Below, one piece after another: positions 1 to 10,858 of a stretch of 64,000 bases of DNA. Within the stretch, counting starts at the first letter, position 1. The number at the start of each line of letters is the position of its first letter. A model generated the notes under the pieces. That model was not told the DNA's origin and ran no database searches. It saw only the letters and a list, made by a program, of their open reading frames with translations. The position numbers and the translations under genes are program-made. Source of the stretch: Albugo candida (Eukaryota); the NCBI GenBank assembly GCA_040437565.1, contig JBDOQK010000050.1, positions 1 to 64,000 of the forward strand. Direction: 5' to 3'.

Positions 1-241
1 TTAACTGAGACAAGTCAAGCAATTCAACTAGACATCAGCTCTACGAACAACCTCTATCAGGTAATAGGTAGAGTTGTAACCAGACTGCGCGGTGACTGAT
101 TTCTTCGTACTCTAGAGACTTTCAAAGAACTGGAAAAGTCAGTAAAAGTTCCAGCTTTCTGTACATATTTGTATCTTTGCACATTACAATGACCACTAAT
201 ACACTTGAAATAATTCCGTGCTCGCTTATTATATGAAAGTA

Positions 242-271
242 GGGAATGTAAAAAAAAATACCAATTTGATA
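242..271. repeat. Orphan terminal fragment of the MuDR-family TIR
   Basis: GGGAATGTAAAAAAAAATACCAATTTGAT resembles the reverse complement of the MuDR element end at 10801 (GGGATTATAAAAAAGTATACCAATTTGAT). Confidence 0.5.
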
Positions 272-399
272 TTGCGTTATTTTCCAAATCGACACAGGTA
301 ACACCAATGCTTTTGGGCACGCGGAGGACGCAAACTAAATTCTCCATGCCGATATATCGCTCCTATTGAGGAATTTGCTTCATTAATGGTATCGAGAAC

Positions 400-1620
400 G
401 ATTACAGACTTCTTTTCGTGGAGAGATTTCAAATACCCTCCCGCTCAACTTCCAGGCCGGCAACCAAATACATCCAGATATTCTCGGCGTTTTAAGGTGT
501 CGTACACTTTGAAGAAGTACTTTTCACCGAGAATAGTGACTAACTGGCACTCCAGTTGCTCACATGCATCCGTAGACGTGACCATCACACGAACATACCC
601 CCTGGGAGTCTAGCCAGCTGTCCAAGTTCACGACAATACAGTAGAGACTCCTACGGTTGCCGTGGTCCCAGAGAAGTGATGTCAGTCATTTTCCCTTGGG
701 AATGCGAGTCAATGCCTGACCCGTTCCCAAAATCATTGGAAAATTGCTTCCGCAATCTTGGAAGGCCTTGCAGCCTCAATTTTGATGGTCACAACTGACC
801 AATCTGGATACTCCCCGGCCTAAAGTTCCGATATTGCAGCAATATCTGAAGATTTGGGCTTTAAAAGCTCCACGCGGTCGTGCGTTTTCGCTCTAGCTGC
901 ATCTTCGCACAAGGATTCTTGCGACTTAAGAATTTCTTCCAGAGTGAGGATTTTGGTGTCATCCATACTAGTAGTTGCATTCGGGTCATCCCGTGACGAT
1001 GCAGTGACAGTACCGCATGTACTGTCTGTACCACCGGTACTACCGCTATTACCCTGTANNNNNNNNNNNNNNNNNNNNNNNNNNNNNNNNNNNNNNNNNN
1101 NNNNNNNNNNNNNNNNNNNNNNNNNNNNNNNNNNNNNNNNNNNNNNNNNNNNNNNNNNTTGGGAATGCGAGTCAATGCCTGACCCGTTCCCAAAATCATT
1201 GGAAAATTGCTTCCGCAATCTTGGAAGGCCTTGCAGCCTCAATTTTGATGGTCACAACTGACCAATCTGGATACTCCCCGGCCTAAATTCCGATATTGCA
1301 GCAATATCTGAAGATTTGGGCTTTAAAAGCTCCACGCGGTCGTGCGTTTTCGCTCGAGCTTCATCTTCGCACAAGGATTCTTGCGACTTAAGAATTTCTT
1401 CCAGAGTGAGGATTTTGGTGTCATCCATACTAGTAGTTACATTCGGGTCATCCTGTGACGATGCAGTGACAGTACCGCATGTACTGTCTGTACCACCGGT
1501 ACTACCGCTATTACCCTGTACCGTCACACTGGGGGTGGGGGTACTTTCCTCGTCATCACACAGGGGTGATGACTCATCAACAATCATGCAGTCACTCCAT
1601 ACCGGGTGATCACGAGGGTT
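400..1620 (-). pseudogene. Degenerate ORF, possibly non-LTR retrotransposon ORF1 (gag-like)
   Basis: Minus-strand frames read ...VELLKPKSSDIAAISEFRPG...ELGQLARLPGGYVRVMVTSTDACEQLECQLVTILGEKYFFKVYD..., with stops and frameshifts. The resemblance to oomycete LINE ORF1 is from memory only. Confidence 0.35.
696..1520. repeat. Gap-flanking duplication (696-1058 vs 1159-1520), assembly overlap with allelic differences
   Basis: Near-identical copies on either side of the N100 at 1059-1158; about 4 substitutions and one 1-bp indel. Confidence 0.9.
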
Positions 1621-2164
1621 GTCACGTCACTACAAATGGGCGCTAGCACCCTGCGCTGTCTCTAAATGTCGACTTGAACCATTCCGTTGGAGAAGAATGG
1701 TGAAAACAGAATGAACAAGGTTGTCTTTTGAGCTTTTCCTACTCAATTGGCGGATTACGTAGCAGCCATCAAAAAGAGAAATAAAGCGAAGACTCAAAAG
1801 ATCATAGACCTCTTCATTCTTCGAACAATCTTCAAAGAGCGCTTGTGAAACTGGGTAAACGAAATGAACTACAGGAGGAAATTATGTGACTGTTGCCTCT
1901 AATTCAGGATACTCTAGGTGTATACTCAGTGGCAGTCAGGTGTAATTAATTTAGTTGAACTTTCACCAGCGCATTTTTTTGCTATATTTATCAACGTTCT
2001 ATCGTGAATGAAAAATAGAGATTTGCCGCCTCGCAAATAATTGCGGTGGCGAATGCCAAAGGACGCATTGCCGACATGCTTGTTGCAGGGGGACTTTTAT
2101 ATCCGAAATTCTTCAATACCAGTCTCTTAGTCTTCTTCAGCATCCTCTGAGACTGTTAACTCGA

Positions 2165-2657
2165 CTTCTGGAGAAAGGTGCCATTGTTGGTAGATGTCGG
2201 ATGGAAAGAGAGCTTAGTCATCATCGAATTTCTGTAAAGTGAGTCCCAGCAGGGTAAACCATAAATTTCTTCGAAAGCATGCGTGCAATTGCCTGCCCTG
2301 TTGCCAGCCAAGACCTACTTGTATTCATCTTTTAATTTTATCAGAGCAAAGGGGGACATGTTACGCACTACAACATCATAAATCCTGTCATTCAGATCAT
2401 GGTAAACTCGACTGTCTGTTGCTGCAACTGTTATTCAAAACTCCATCCCTTTTGCTGTTGTAGAAAATTACTCAACTTCGCTCTTAGATCGCTTAGCTCC
2501 ATTGTTGACACCTTTAACCACCTTTTGATTGTGAATTGTGCTCCTTCAACTCGTGATGGATTATTATTCCTTGACTGAGGGTAAAACATTATCCATGTTG
2601 CTAAAAATGGCTCCTTGTGCACAAGCCATGTCTCTTTCAAGTAGAGCAATAATTTTT
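2165..2657 (-). pseudogene. MULE (Mutator) transposase, C-terminal fragment
   Basis: YLKETWLVHKEPF...NPSRVEGAQFTIKRWLKVST, then SWIM-like CTHAFEEIYGLPC...DIYQQWHL. Confidence 0.8.
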
Positions 2658-3830
2658 GGAAGTTGCTGCGGACACACTCCTAAATATAGAAATTACAAAC
2701 ATAACCCCTACTTTCGTACCGCCATGTCCGCTGCTCTCAAGTCCACTTCTGGCTGGTGGCAGTAACTGTTAGACGATACTGTTTTAACAGGTCATCAAGG
2801 GCTTGCATTTCAACTGCAAGACCCATCACAGGTAAATTCCGACATCACCTGAACGGCTGTTTTGGTGACAACGTGACAGATGGGACGAAGAAAGACGGCC
2901 ACCACGTGGTACCAGACGGTCGCCATTTCAAATGTGACATAGTCAAGTTTGAAATGCCGTTGCACATGCATGTTGTAGTGTTGACATACAAGGTTAATGC
3001 TACTATATTTTCCTTTTACTTCTACCTTCTAAGCAACAAGTGCGATCTAAATACTTTTANNNNNNNNNNNNNNNNNNNNNNNNNNNNNNNNNNNNNNNNN
3101 NNNNNNNNNNNNNNNNNNNNNNNNNNNNNNNNNNNNNNNNNNNNNNNNNNNNNNNNNNNAATGCCGTTGCACATGCATGTTGTAGTGTTGACATACAAGG
3201 TTAATGCTACTATATTTTCCTTTTACTTCTACCTTCTAAGCAACAAGTGCGATCTAAATACTTTTAACACTAACACCATAAGAAAAGCTGAACTTATTTT
3301 AAGCAAAGTGAAAGTAGCCTAGTTTTAGAGAAGAAAAGAATTCAGCCACGATTGGCTTGTATTGATTGCGCTCTTTTTGCTGATTCTAAATAAGCCTTCT
3401 GTGAAGCCTGCATTTTACGCAGATCATTGGCTCGAAACACATGAGCTGGTAATGCACCTCCACCAATAGCCTTCCCTTGCACAGCTTCATAAACGTAGTA
3501 GGATGTAGGAAATCATCAACATAATATGAAATTATTATATCCGATTCAGTTAACCGGCTTTGACAACTAAACTCCTACTAGGCTACTTTCGCTTTGCTTA
3601 AAATAAGTTCATCTTTTCTTATGCTGTTACTGCCACCAGCTAGAAGTGGACTTGAGAGCAGTGGACATGGCGGTACGAAAGTAGGGGGTATGTTTGTAAT
3701 TTCTATTTTTAGGGATGGATAGACTCCTTAATTTACTTAATTGACGGTACGAAAGTAGGGGGTATGTTTGTAATTTCTATATTTAGGGTTGTGTCCGTAG
3801 TCAAAATAGGGTTTGTCCGCACCAATTCCC
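2658..3830. mobile_element. Non-autonomous long-TIR (foldback/MITE-like) element inserted in the MULE transposase
   Basis: Left arm 2658-2766 plus 3275-3323 is the reverse complement of about 3577-3714 and 3745-3830. Termini are GGAAGTTGCTGCGGAC and GTCCGCACCAATTCCC. MULE coding sequence resumes on both sides. Confidence 0.8.
2767..3269. mobile_element. LTR (solo, or a full element collapsed in the gap) inserted in the left arm of the foldback element
   Basis: TGTTA...TAACA ends, with a 5-bp target duplication GTAAC (2762-2766) / CTAAC (3270-3274). 2953-3059 is repeated at 3160-3266 across the gap. Confidence 0.75.
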
Positions 3831-4318
3831 TAAATTCTAAGAATTATACTTTATTTTCATCTTTTCCCACGAGCTGGTAGGAGTTTCATGATTTCTGCTG
3901 TTCTGCCATTGTAAGAATGATTCTTGTAATTAGTTACTGTTAAAATCTGTGTTTTATCATGAAAAACATCACTTACGTGGGATCAATCGCTCATAAAATC
4001 ATCAAATTCTTTTGAAGTACCAAATTTGCCCTTATCGTTTGCCAGCATATTTTTGTCAATATGCGAACGACAAATGAGATACTTGCTTGTTGGGAATACG
4101 TCCTGGACAGCTCTTACTAAGGCAAGCTCGTGATCTATGAGTATGACCTTCGGAGAGGATATCCATTAAAGACATTTTTGACCTGATTTAACGTCCCTGT
4201 GTAGTCCTCCTGTTGCTCCTTCGGCAGGAATGTAAAGGATGATGAGAATGCTGAATTAAGGCAAATTAACCGAACAGCATGAAGCAGGAGAATTTTATAC
4301 TTGTTTTTCTTGTATGTA
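3831..4318 (-). pseudogene. MULE transposase catalytic-domain fragment
   Basis: TYKKNKYKILLLHAV...FLPKEQQEDY...PKVILIDHELALVRAVQDVFP...LICRSHIDKN, matching the MULE domain with its CxxH motif. Confidence 0.85.
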
Positions 4319-4323
4319 CTGTA

Positions 4324-5324
4324 CAGTACCCTACGGAAAAGATTGTCTGCTTTTCTTGATTTCTCGACTCACAACCGCAAGCTTACACTAGAACAAACCA
4401 CTGCCGAGCGTCCAAAAGTTTTAGAATATAGCTGAAACTGCACAAATATATACTTTGACAGCCGAGGAACGCTTGCGCATTGTGTCAATGAGCAGGCTGG
4501 TATCAAAGTTGGGGAAATTGCCTGCAAGCTCAACACAAATGAGCGACAGGTGCGACGCATCATGGAGAGGTGGAATAAAGAATACACAGTTTCCAAAGAA
4601 AAGCGCCGGAAGGCCGAGAAGGGAAGTCAGAACTCTAGTCCGCAGCACCAAGGATGCGAGACGTTCAACTCTGGCCAAAATTATCGTGAATATGTCAACT
4701 AAAGCTGGCCAGACTGCAGTCAGAGAGACTTTACATGCCGCTAGTCTCTTTGCTCGAGTGGGGGCTAAAACGTTTTTTTAACAAGCCACACACTGCTAAG
4801 AGGCTGGACTTTGCAAAAAGATATCAGAATTACACCATGAAGTTCTTGATAGCAATCTTCTGGACTGATGAGGCCGCCTCTGAAATTGGAAAGAATTTTT
4901 GCCGACCTCTGATCTGGAGATCTACCTATGAGAGGTACCGATCAGACTGTCTGGTACCTTCTTACAAGTCAGGGCGTTCTTCAGTGATGGTCTGGGCTAC
5001 CTTTAAAAATAGCAAGAAATGCCAGCTTGTGCGTATGGCGCCAAATCGTCGAACAGCAATTGACTTGTAATGCTGGAACTGCCGTTCTCATGGTAGATGG
5101 TGCGCCTATCCATCGCGCATAAGCTCCCGAAAAATGGCGTGACGAGCGCAGCGTTGGCAGGCTAGAATGGCCGGCAAACTCTCCTTGTATCAATCCCGTT
5201 GAGAATGTCACCAAGTTTCACGGGAAGATTACTCGTCACGTGTGTAGCATGCTTGGGAAGTCAAAGTATTTGTTTCTTTGAGTGATAAAAATTGGGGGCG
5301 GACAATCTTTTCGGGAGGGTACTG
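4324..5324 (+). mobile_element. Tc1-family (DD34E) transposon, defective
   Basis: 27-bp TIRs CAGTACCCT..GAAAAGATTGTC.GC (24/27 match) and TA at both flanks (4322-4323, 5325-5326). Motifs FWTDEA, VMVWA, VDGAPIH and WPANSPCINPVEN, with 34 codons between D and E. Frameshifts and stops present. Confidence 0.93.
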
Positions 5325-5544
5325 TACGGTCCAAGAAAACAACAGAACGAAAGCGTCGTGTCAATTTGATAGACTCTGGATTGCAAAAAAAGTCTCGTGA
5401 GACTGTTGTCATTCCTGCATTGTGTTGAAGAGATGCATTGTCTTCCTTGAGCTCCTCAAGTAGTTATGCGATTTGTGTTTCGCCAGTGAGGGACTGATTT
5501 CGCATCTTACCCTGGAAAAGTGAAAGGGTTAGGATAAAATCAAA
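5325..5544 (-). pseudogene. MULE transposase fragment upstream of the Tc1 insertion
   Basis: FCNPESIKLTRRFRSVVFLD joins TYKKNKY at 4318 once the Tc1 element and the footprint are removed. Confidence 0.75.
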
Positions 5545-5644
5545 NNNNNNNNNNNNNNNNNNNNNNNNNNNNNNNNNNNNNNNNNNNNNNNNNNNNNNNN
5601 NNNNNNNNNNNNNNNNNNNNNNNNNNNNNNNNNNNNNNNNNNNN

Positions 5645-6200
5645 CTTTGGTCATTTGAAAGGACAAGGGCGGTGGTAAATTGGAGCGCGAAGTTAACGTG
5701 CACGTGGCGTTGCAAGAGATTGGCAGGTGTAAATTGTGCTATTTTTTTCTCAGCTGGCTTGACTTCGCGTTCTCTACCCTATTCTATGCCAAATCAGGTC
5801 AAAAGGTCCTCGTGTGGGACTCAATGCGTGTGCATGTCGCAAACGTTTTAAAGGGTAGATGCGCCGAGGAAAGGATCCTACCGGTTGTGGTCCCTGGTGG
5901 ACTAACACGCTACATCTAGGCTGGCGATATTGGCAGGTACAAAGCATTCAAGGATCATGTATCTTCTGTGAGAGATGCTTGGAAAGCGTCCTACCAATTT
6001 GGGTACACGAGAGTGAGAAACCGAAGCCACCGACCATCAAGGTAGTTGCGAGCTGGTTTGAAGATGCGTAGAAGCTGTGCCGGAGTTTGTGATCCAAAAA
6101 GCTATTCTCAGTGCAGGGTTTCCTGACAGCAACGTATATTGACACATTTATCGCCCTGATGTCTATGGCACGCTTTTTCGTGAGCAATGGCTTGCCCGTG
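5645..6200 (+). pseudogene. pogo/Tigger-like (DDE_1) transposase fragment
   Basis: FLSWLDFAF...VLVWDSMRVH...VVPGGLTRYI*AGDIGRYKAFKD...PKPPTIKVVASWFEDA. Confidence 0.8.
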
Positions 6201-6461
6201 ATCAGGACATCGAGTCGATTGATGTACTTCCCTATATACCTGCTGATGACTTTGATGAACTGTTCTTGATGCTGGCGCGGAATAAAAAGCGGTTCTGAAT
6301 ACAAAACCTTTTTTTGGTGGAGGGAGTTTTGCCGCAGATTTTCGGTGGAGTTCTTTATAGACGAACGCATAGCCTCCAATGAATGCAAACTCTTGTATAG
6401 CTTTGAAGAGCTCTTTAAATGCCTTGTAGGTTTGGTGTAGTGGTGCAGAAGCATATTGCAA
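6200..6461 (-). pseudogene. Probable N-terminus of the fragmented MULE transposase
   Basis: APLHQTYKAFKELFKAIQEFAFIGGYAFV resembles the N-terminal FAR1/MULE motif; it lies on the same strand and in the expected order relative to the downstream fragments. Confidence 0.5.
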
Positions 6462-6653
6462 TCTTGTAGGTAGCGTATAGAAATAGAAGTATGTGCTAAA
6501 TGGAGATTGTCATAAGTATTACCCTATCACAGTTGAAATTTTTTGTGTATAAGTCAATCACAAATAATTCTCAATTGAAGTTGTTGGAGCCACAATTGAG
6601 GGTGTGTATCGATGTAATTAATTAGAAAAATAAAATATTTATGTTTGTTTAAG

Positions 6654-8122
6654 TGGATAAAAAAATATACCAATTTGATAAATAAATTAAAAAATATATA
6701 CCAAGGCTGTATACGTACGGATATACACATGTGTAGTATTGTAACGAGGAAAACCCAGTCTTGGATTAAAAAGCTCTGATCAATAATGCACTATGTAGTA
6801 AGGATAGTAAAGCATACAATTACGCGTCCCTTATTGCGCAAATCCTGCGAATATGGCCAGATTGGTTGCACATTCCACATCTCGTTCGCTTGCACGTCAC
6901 GTCACGTTCGATCCCCATCAAGCAGTCGATGATAGGAAGGCTCCGAATTCCCTTTAACACGATACTACTGACTCCACGTTTTCTGATGTCAAAGTGTTGT
7001 ATTTTGGACATGATGAGTAACCTGTTGACCAATCTTCACGCTCAGCCTCCTGAAGCTACAACAGCACACTGCTGCTCGAACTTGTGATATTCGCTTTCGC
7101 CTTCTCGTACTCTTCTGTTGTTCGTTAACGAGCCAATATCCACGCCAAATTCCTTAACAACTTTAACTTGTATTTCTTTTTGAAATTTTCCATCAAATGC
7201 CGGAAGCAGAATAATGTGGGGCGTCGGGTGCCGATGTATGCATAGTTTTCATAACCCCCTTGTCCCTATACGATATCACGAATGCAGGAGATAGCTTGAG
7301 GTGAGATAGTAGAGCTTCAGAATACAGCTCCAGTTATCTTTATTCTCTACCGACACAAGCCTAACTCCGATGATTTGGATCTCGTTGTTTCTAACAAGGG
7401 AGATCCCACCGATTGATGTCTTTACAAATGTGCTGTCCACGGATATCTCACGCTCATTGTATGACTTATATGCTTATAGTCCTTCCCAGAGAATGATACT
7501 TAACCGTAGGAATTCATCATTTACGATATCAAGCCTCGCTTCGTGGCCTGAAATCTTTATTCCAGCCATGTACGATAGATTGAGGCTGTATTTCTTAATA
7601 TCACTTCCTTATACCTCAAGCTTCAAAATTTGGAGTTCGTGAGCACAGTGCATATATGTGGTAGAATGCGCTTGGTTTGTATCATCACCAATCACTTTCC
7701 TACCGGAGATTATGGCCATATCTCTGACTGCAAGATTTGAATCAGTTTGTTATATATCTACGAGATGTCCTTAGAGATTAAGGTACTTGACAGGCGTGCC
7801 AAGAAAACTTTATTGAAGGGCTGATTGTCTGCGAAAAGGAAAACTGCATAACAAAGAGAAGTCATGTTGTGTGCACACTGCTTTATAACGTCTGTCACTT
7901 GATACCACACGAAACGGACGGTTACATTCTCGGTGTACTTAATTACTGCTTAAATTTTGTCCCTTTTATTGGCATGACTCCTGTTATCGAAAGAAGCTGC
8001 TGCTAATTTGTGTCGTCGCTTTTATTTCTGATATTGAAGTTTGCAATGTGTATATCCGAACGTATAGTATACAGCGTTGATATATTTATTTTATTTATTT
8101 ATCAAATTAGTATATTTTTGTA
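6654..8122 (-). mobile_element. MuDR/MULE element, internally deleted copy
   Basis: TIRs of about 70 bp (AAAAATATACCAATTTGATAAATAAA...). Relic ORF pieces IVLKGIRSLPIIDCLMGIER and RCGMCNQSGHIRRIC are homologous to 8801-10801 in the opposite orientation. Confidence 0.85.
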
Positions 8123-8800
8123 GGGAGCCGCTATGGCCACAGACATCAATACTACGGCCACAGACAATTGATATAACCAATCACAGCTCACAAAATTATA
8201 TTGTTGCTAATTACGACAGAACTGGCGAAGCAGCAAATAAAAATTATACCTTTCGCGCAGCCGACCCCACTTGGTGACATTTTCAACATATCAACCGGAA
8301 GATCTCATATTACACCCTTCGGAAAGTATTCAACAGGTTAGTTTATAATATTTCTTTCTTCCTACGTGTTTTTTCCAATTACTAAAGTTTCGCAATGCAA
8401 GCTACAAAAAGCTCCATGTCCAATGGCAACCGGCGCGAAGCCATGCTCTTCTACTTATATTACTAAATACTTTTAATTCTGAAAATAGAATTTATATCAA
8501 CAAAAAATAAATAATGTAAGAAAAAATGATTTTTTATTTTCTTAACAGCAACAGCCACCTTTCCAACATCCTCATCTTTAGTCTTCAATATTAACCTACT
8601 ATATACAGATATCAGGAAAAAAAACCTTGCCTACGCTAGAACAAAATAACTAGTAAGAAACAGAATGAGTTCGTGTACAAAAGTAGACAAGTGGCCTGAT
8701 TGGCTAGCGTAATTAGCAACAATTAAATTTTGTGAGCTGTGATTGGTTAGATCAATTGTCTGTGGTCGTAGTATTAATGTCTTTGGCCATAGCGGCTCCC
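8123..8800. mobile_element. Probable MITE with inverted ends of about 95 bp, TA-flanked
   Basis: 8123-8216 (GGGAGCCGCTATGGCCACAGAC...) is the inverted match of 8708-8800. TA lies at 8121-8122 and 8801-8802. The core is AT-rich and non-coding. Confidence 0.6.
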
Positions 8801-10801
8801 TATAAAAAAATGTACCAATTTGATAAATAAATAAAAAAAATATACCAAGGCTGTATACTATACGTACGCATATACACATTACACATTTCAGTATTAGGAT
8901 GAAAAGCGAGGACGAAGAACAGCAAAGTAGCAGCAGTTTCTTCGGAAACAGGAGTTATGCCAATGAAGGGGATATAATTTAAGCAGTAATTGAGTACAAC
9001 CGAGAATGTAATCGTCCGTTTCGTGTGATATCAAGTGACAAACGGCATTATAAAGCAGTGTGCACACAACATGGCTGTTTCTTCGTTGTGCGATTTGCCT
9101 TTTTGCGAACATTCAGTCCTCCAAGAAGTTTGTTTTGCGCTCCTATGAAATATCCGAATCGTGAAAGGCGTGTCGTAGATATACCACTGCGAAACAAATT
9201 CCATTCAATCCTGCAGTCAGAGATATGGCCATAATGTCCGGTAGGAAAGTGACTCCCGTGATGGTACAAACGAGGTTGGTGAGGGACGAAGGGATTTCCG
9301 CCCCATATAAAAATTGTGCTTAAGCACTCAAAACGTTGAAGCTTGAGGTATACGAAAGCAATTTTGAGCAATAAAGCCTCATTCCATCCTACATGGCTGC
9401 ACTAAACATTCGAGGCCACGAAGCCAAGCTTGGAATCGTAGAGAATGAATTCATGCGTTTGAGTATCATTTTCCGGGAAGTGCTTCGAGCATATAAGTCA
9501 TATAGTGAGCGTGGGATATCCGTGGACGGCACATTCATGAAGGCATCAATCGGTGGCGTAATACTTGTTGTGTGCTTTCGAAATGGAAACAACGAGATCC
9601 AGATTGTCGGAGTCGGGATCGTGTCGGTAGAGGATGAAGATAAATAAGCTGGTTTTTGAAGTTTCTACTCTCTCACATCCAGCCATCTCCTGCATTCGTG
9701 ATATCGGGTAAAGACAAGGGAATTGTGAAAGATATGCTCATATCGGCACCAGACGTCCCACAATTTTTCTGCTTCCAGCATGTGATGGAAAATTTCAACA
9801 AAAAATACAAGTTTGAGCTGTTGAAGAATTCGGCGTGGATATTCTCGTCCACGGACAACCGTGGAGTAAGAGAAAGCGAAGCTGAATATTGCCAATTTGC
9901 ACAGCAGTGCGCTGGTATGGATACAGAGAGTTGGTCGTGAAAATTGGTCAACAGCTTACTCACCATATCGAAGATACAACACTTTGGCATCAAGCAACGT
10001 GGAGGTGGTAAACAGCTTGTTGAAGGGAATTCGAACTCTTCCTATCATCTATTGCTTGATGGGAATAGAACGTTACGTGGCGTGCAAGTGGGCTGAAAAT
10101 ATCAGCAAAGTGAAAGGCTAGGTAGTACCAACTCCAAATGCATCACGAAAGGTAGATAAAAAAATGGCCGCTGCGAGGTGGGGTGAAATTGATGAATGCT
10201 CGACCTGTTACTACATCGTCGCAATCCGCTCAGGGGTGGGGAGTATTCTGGTGAAATTTGCAGTTCAATTCCGCATTGAAGTTTTTTTATGCTCGTGTGG
10301 GTACTTTGAAGATGTTGGCTCGCGTTGCATTCATGCATTACTAGCATTGAATCGTTCTCGGAAACTGCTCAACATGGTCACGTATTTTCGTGACTCCTGG
10401 GAATCATCGACGTTTGCGGCCGCCTATTCTGAGAGATCTGCCGATAAAATAATGCCAATCGTGCAGAAAGTGTGCAACGCTCCATCTATTATGAGATAAA
10501 GGGTGCCCAAAGAAGAAGCGGATTCCATCGCAACAAGCTACTGGGAAAATGGATAAGCGCCGAACGAGATGTGGAATGTGCAACCATTTTGGCTCTAATC
10601 GAAGGACCTGTCCGATAAGGGACGCATAATTGTATGCTTCGTTATCCTTACTACATAGTGCATCATTCATCAGAGTTTTGCATCCTAATCCGGGTTTTCC
10701 TCGTTATAATCTTAGTCATGTGTATTTGCGTATGCATAGTATACAGCCTTGGTATATACCTTTTATTTATTTATCAAATTGGTATACTTTTTTATAATCC
10801 C
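8801..10801 (+). mobile_element. MuDR/MULE element with pseudogenised transposase (about 8900-10629)
   Basis: TIRs at about 8801-8880 and 10718-10801. MuDR DNA-binding domain (AVIEYNRECNRPFRVISSDKRHYKAVC), MULE domain (ISVDGTFMK...FVISGKDKG...FCFQHVMEN), SWIM (CSCGYFEDVGSRCIH) and a zinc knuckle; multiple stops. Confidence 0.9.
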
Positions 10802-10858
10802 ATTTTTGAGATTATCATCGATAAAACAAATTTCAAAGTCCGACACTCTAAATCAATC

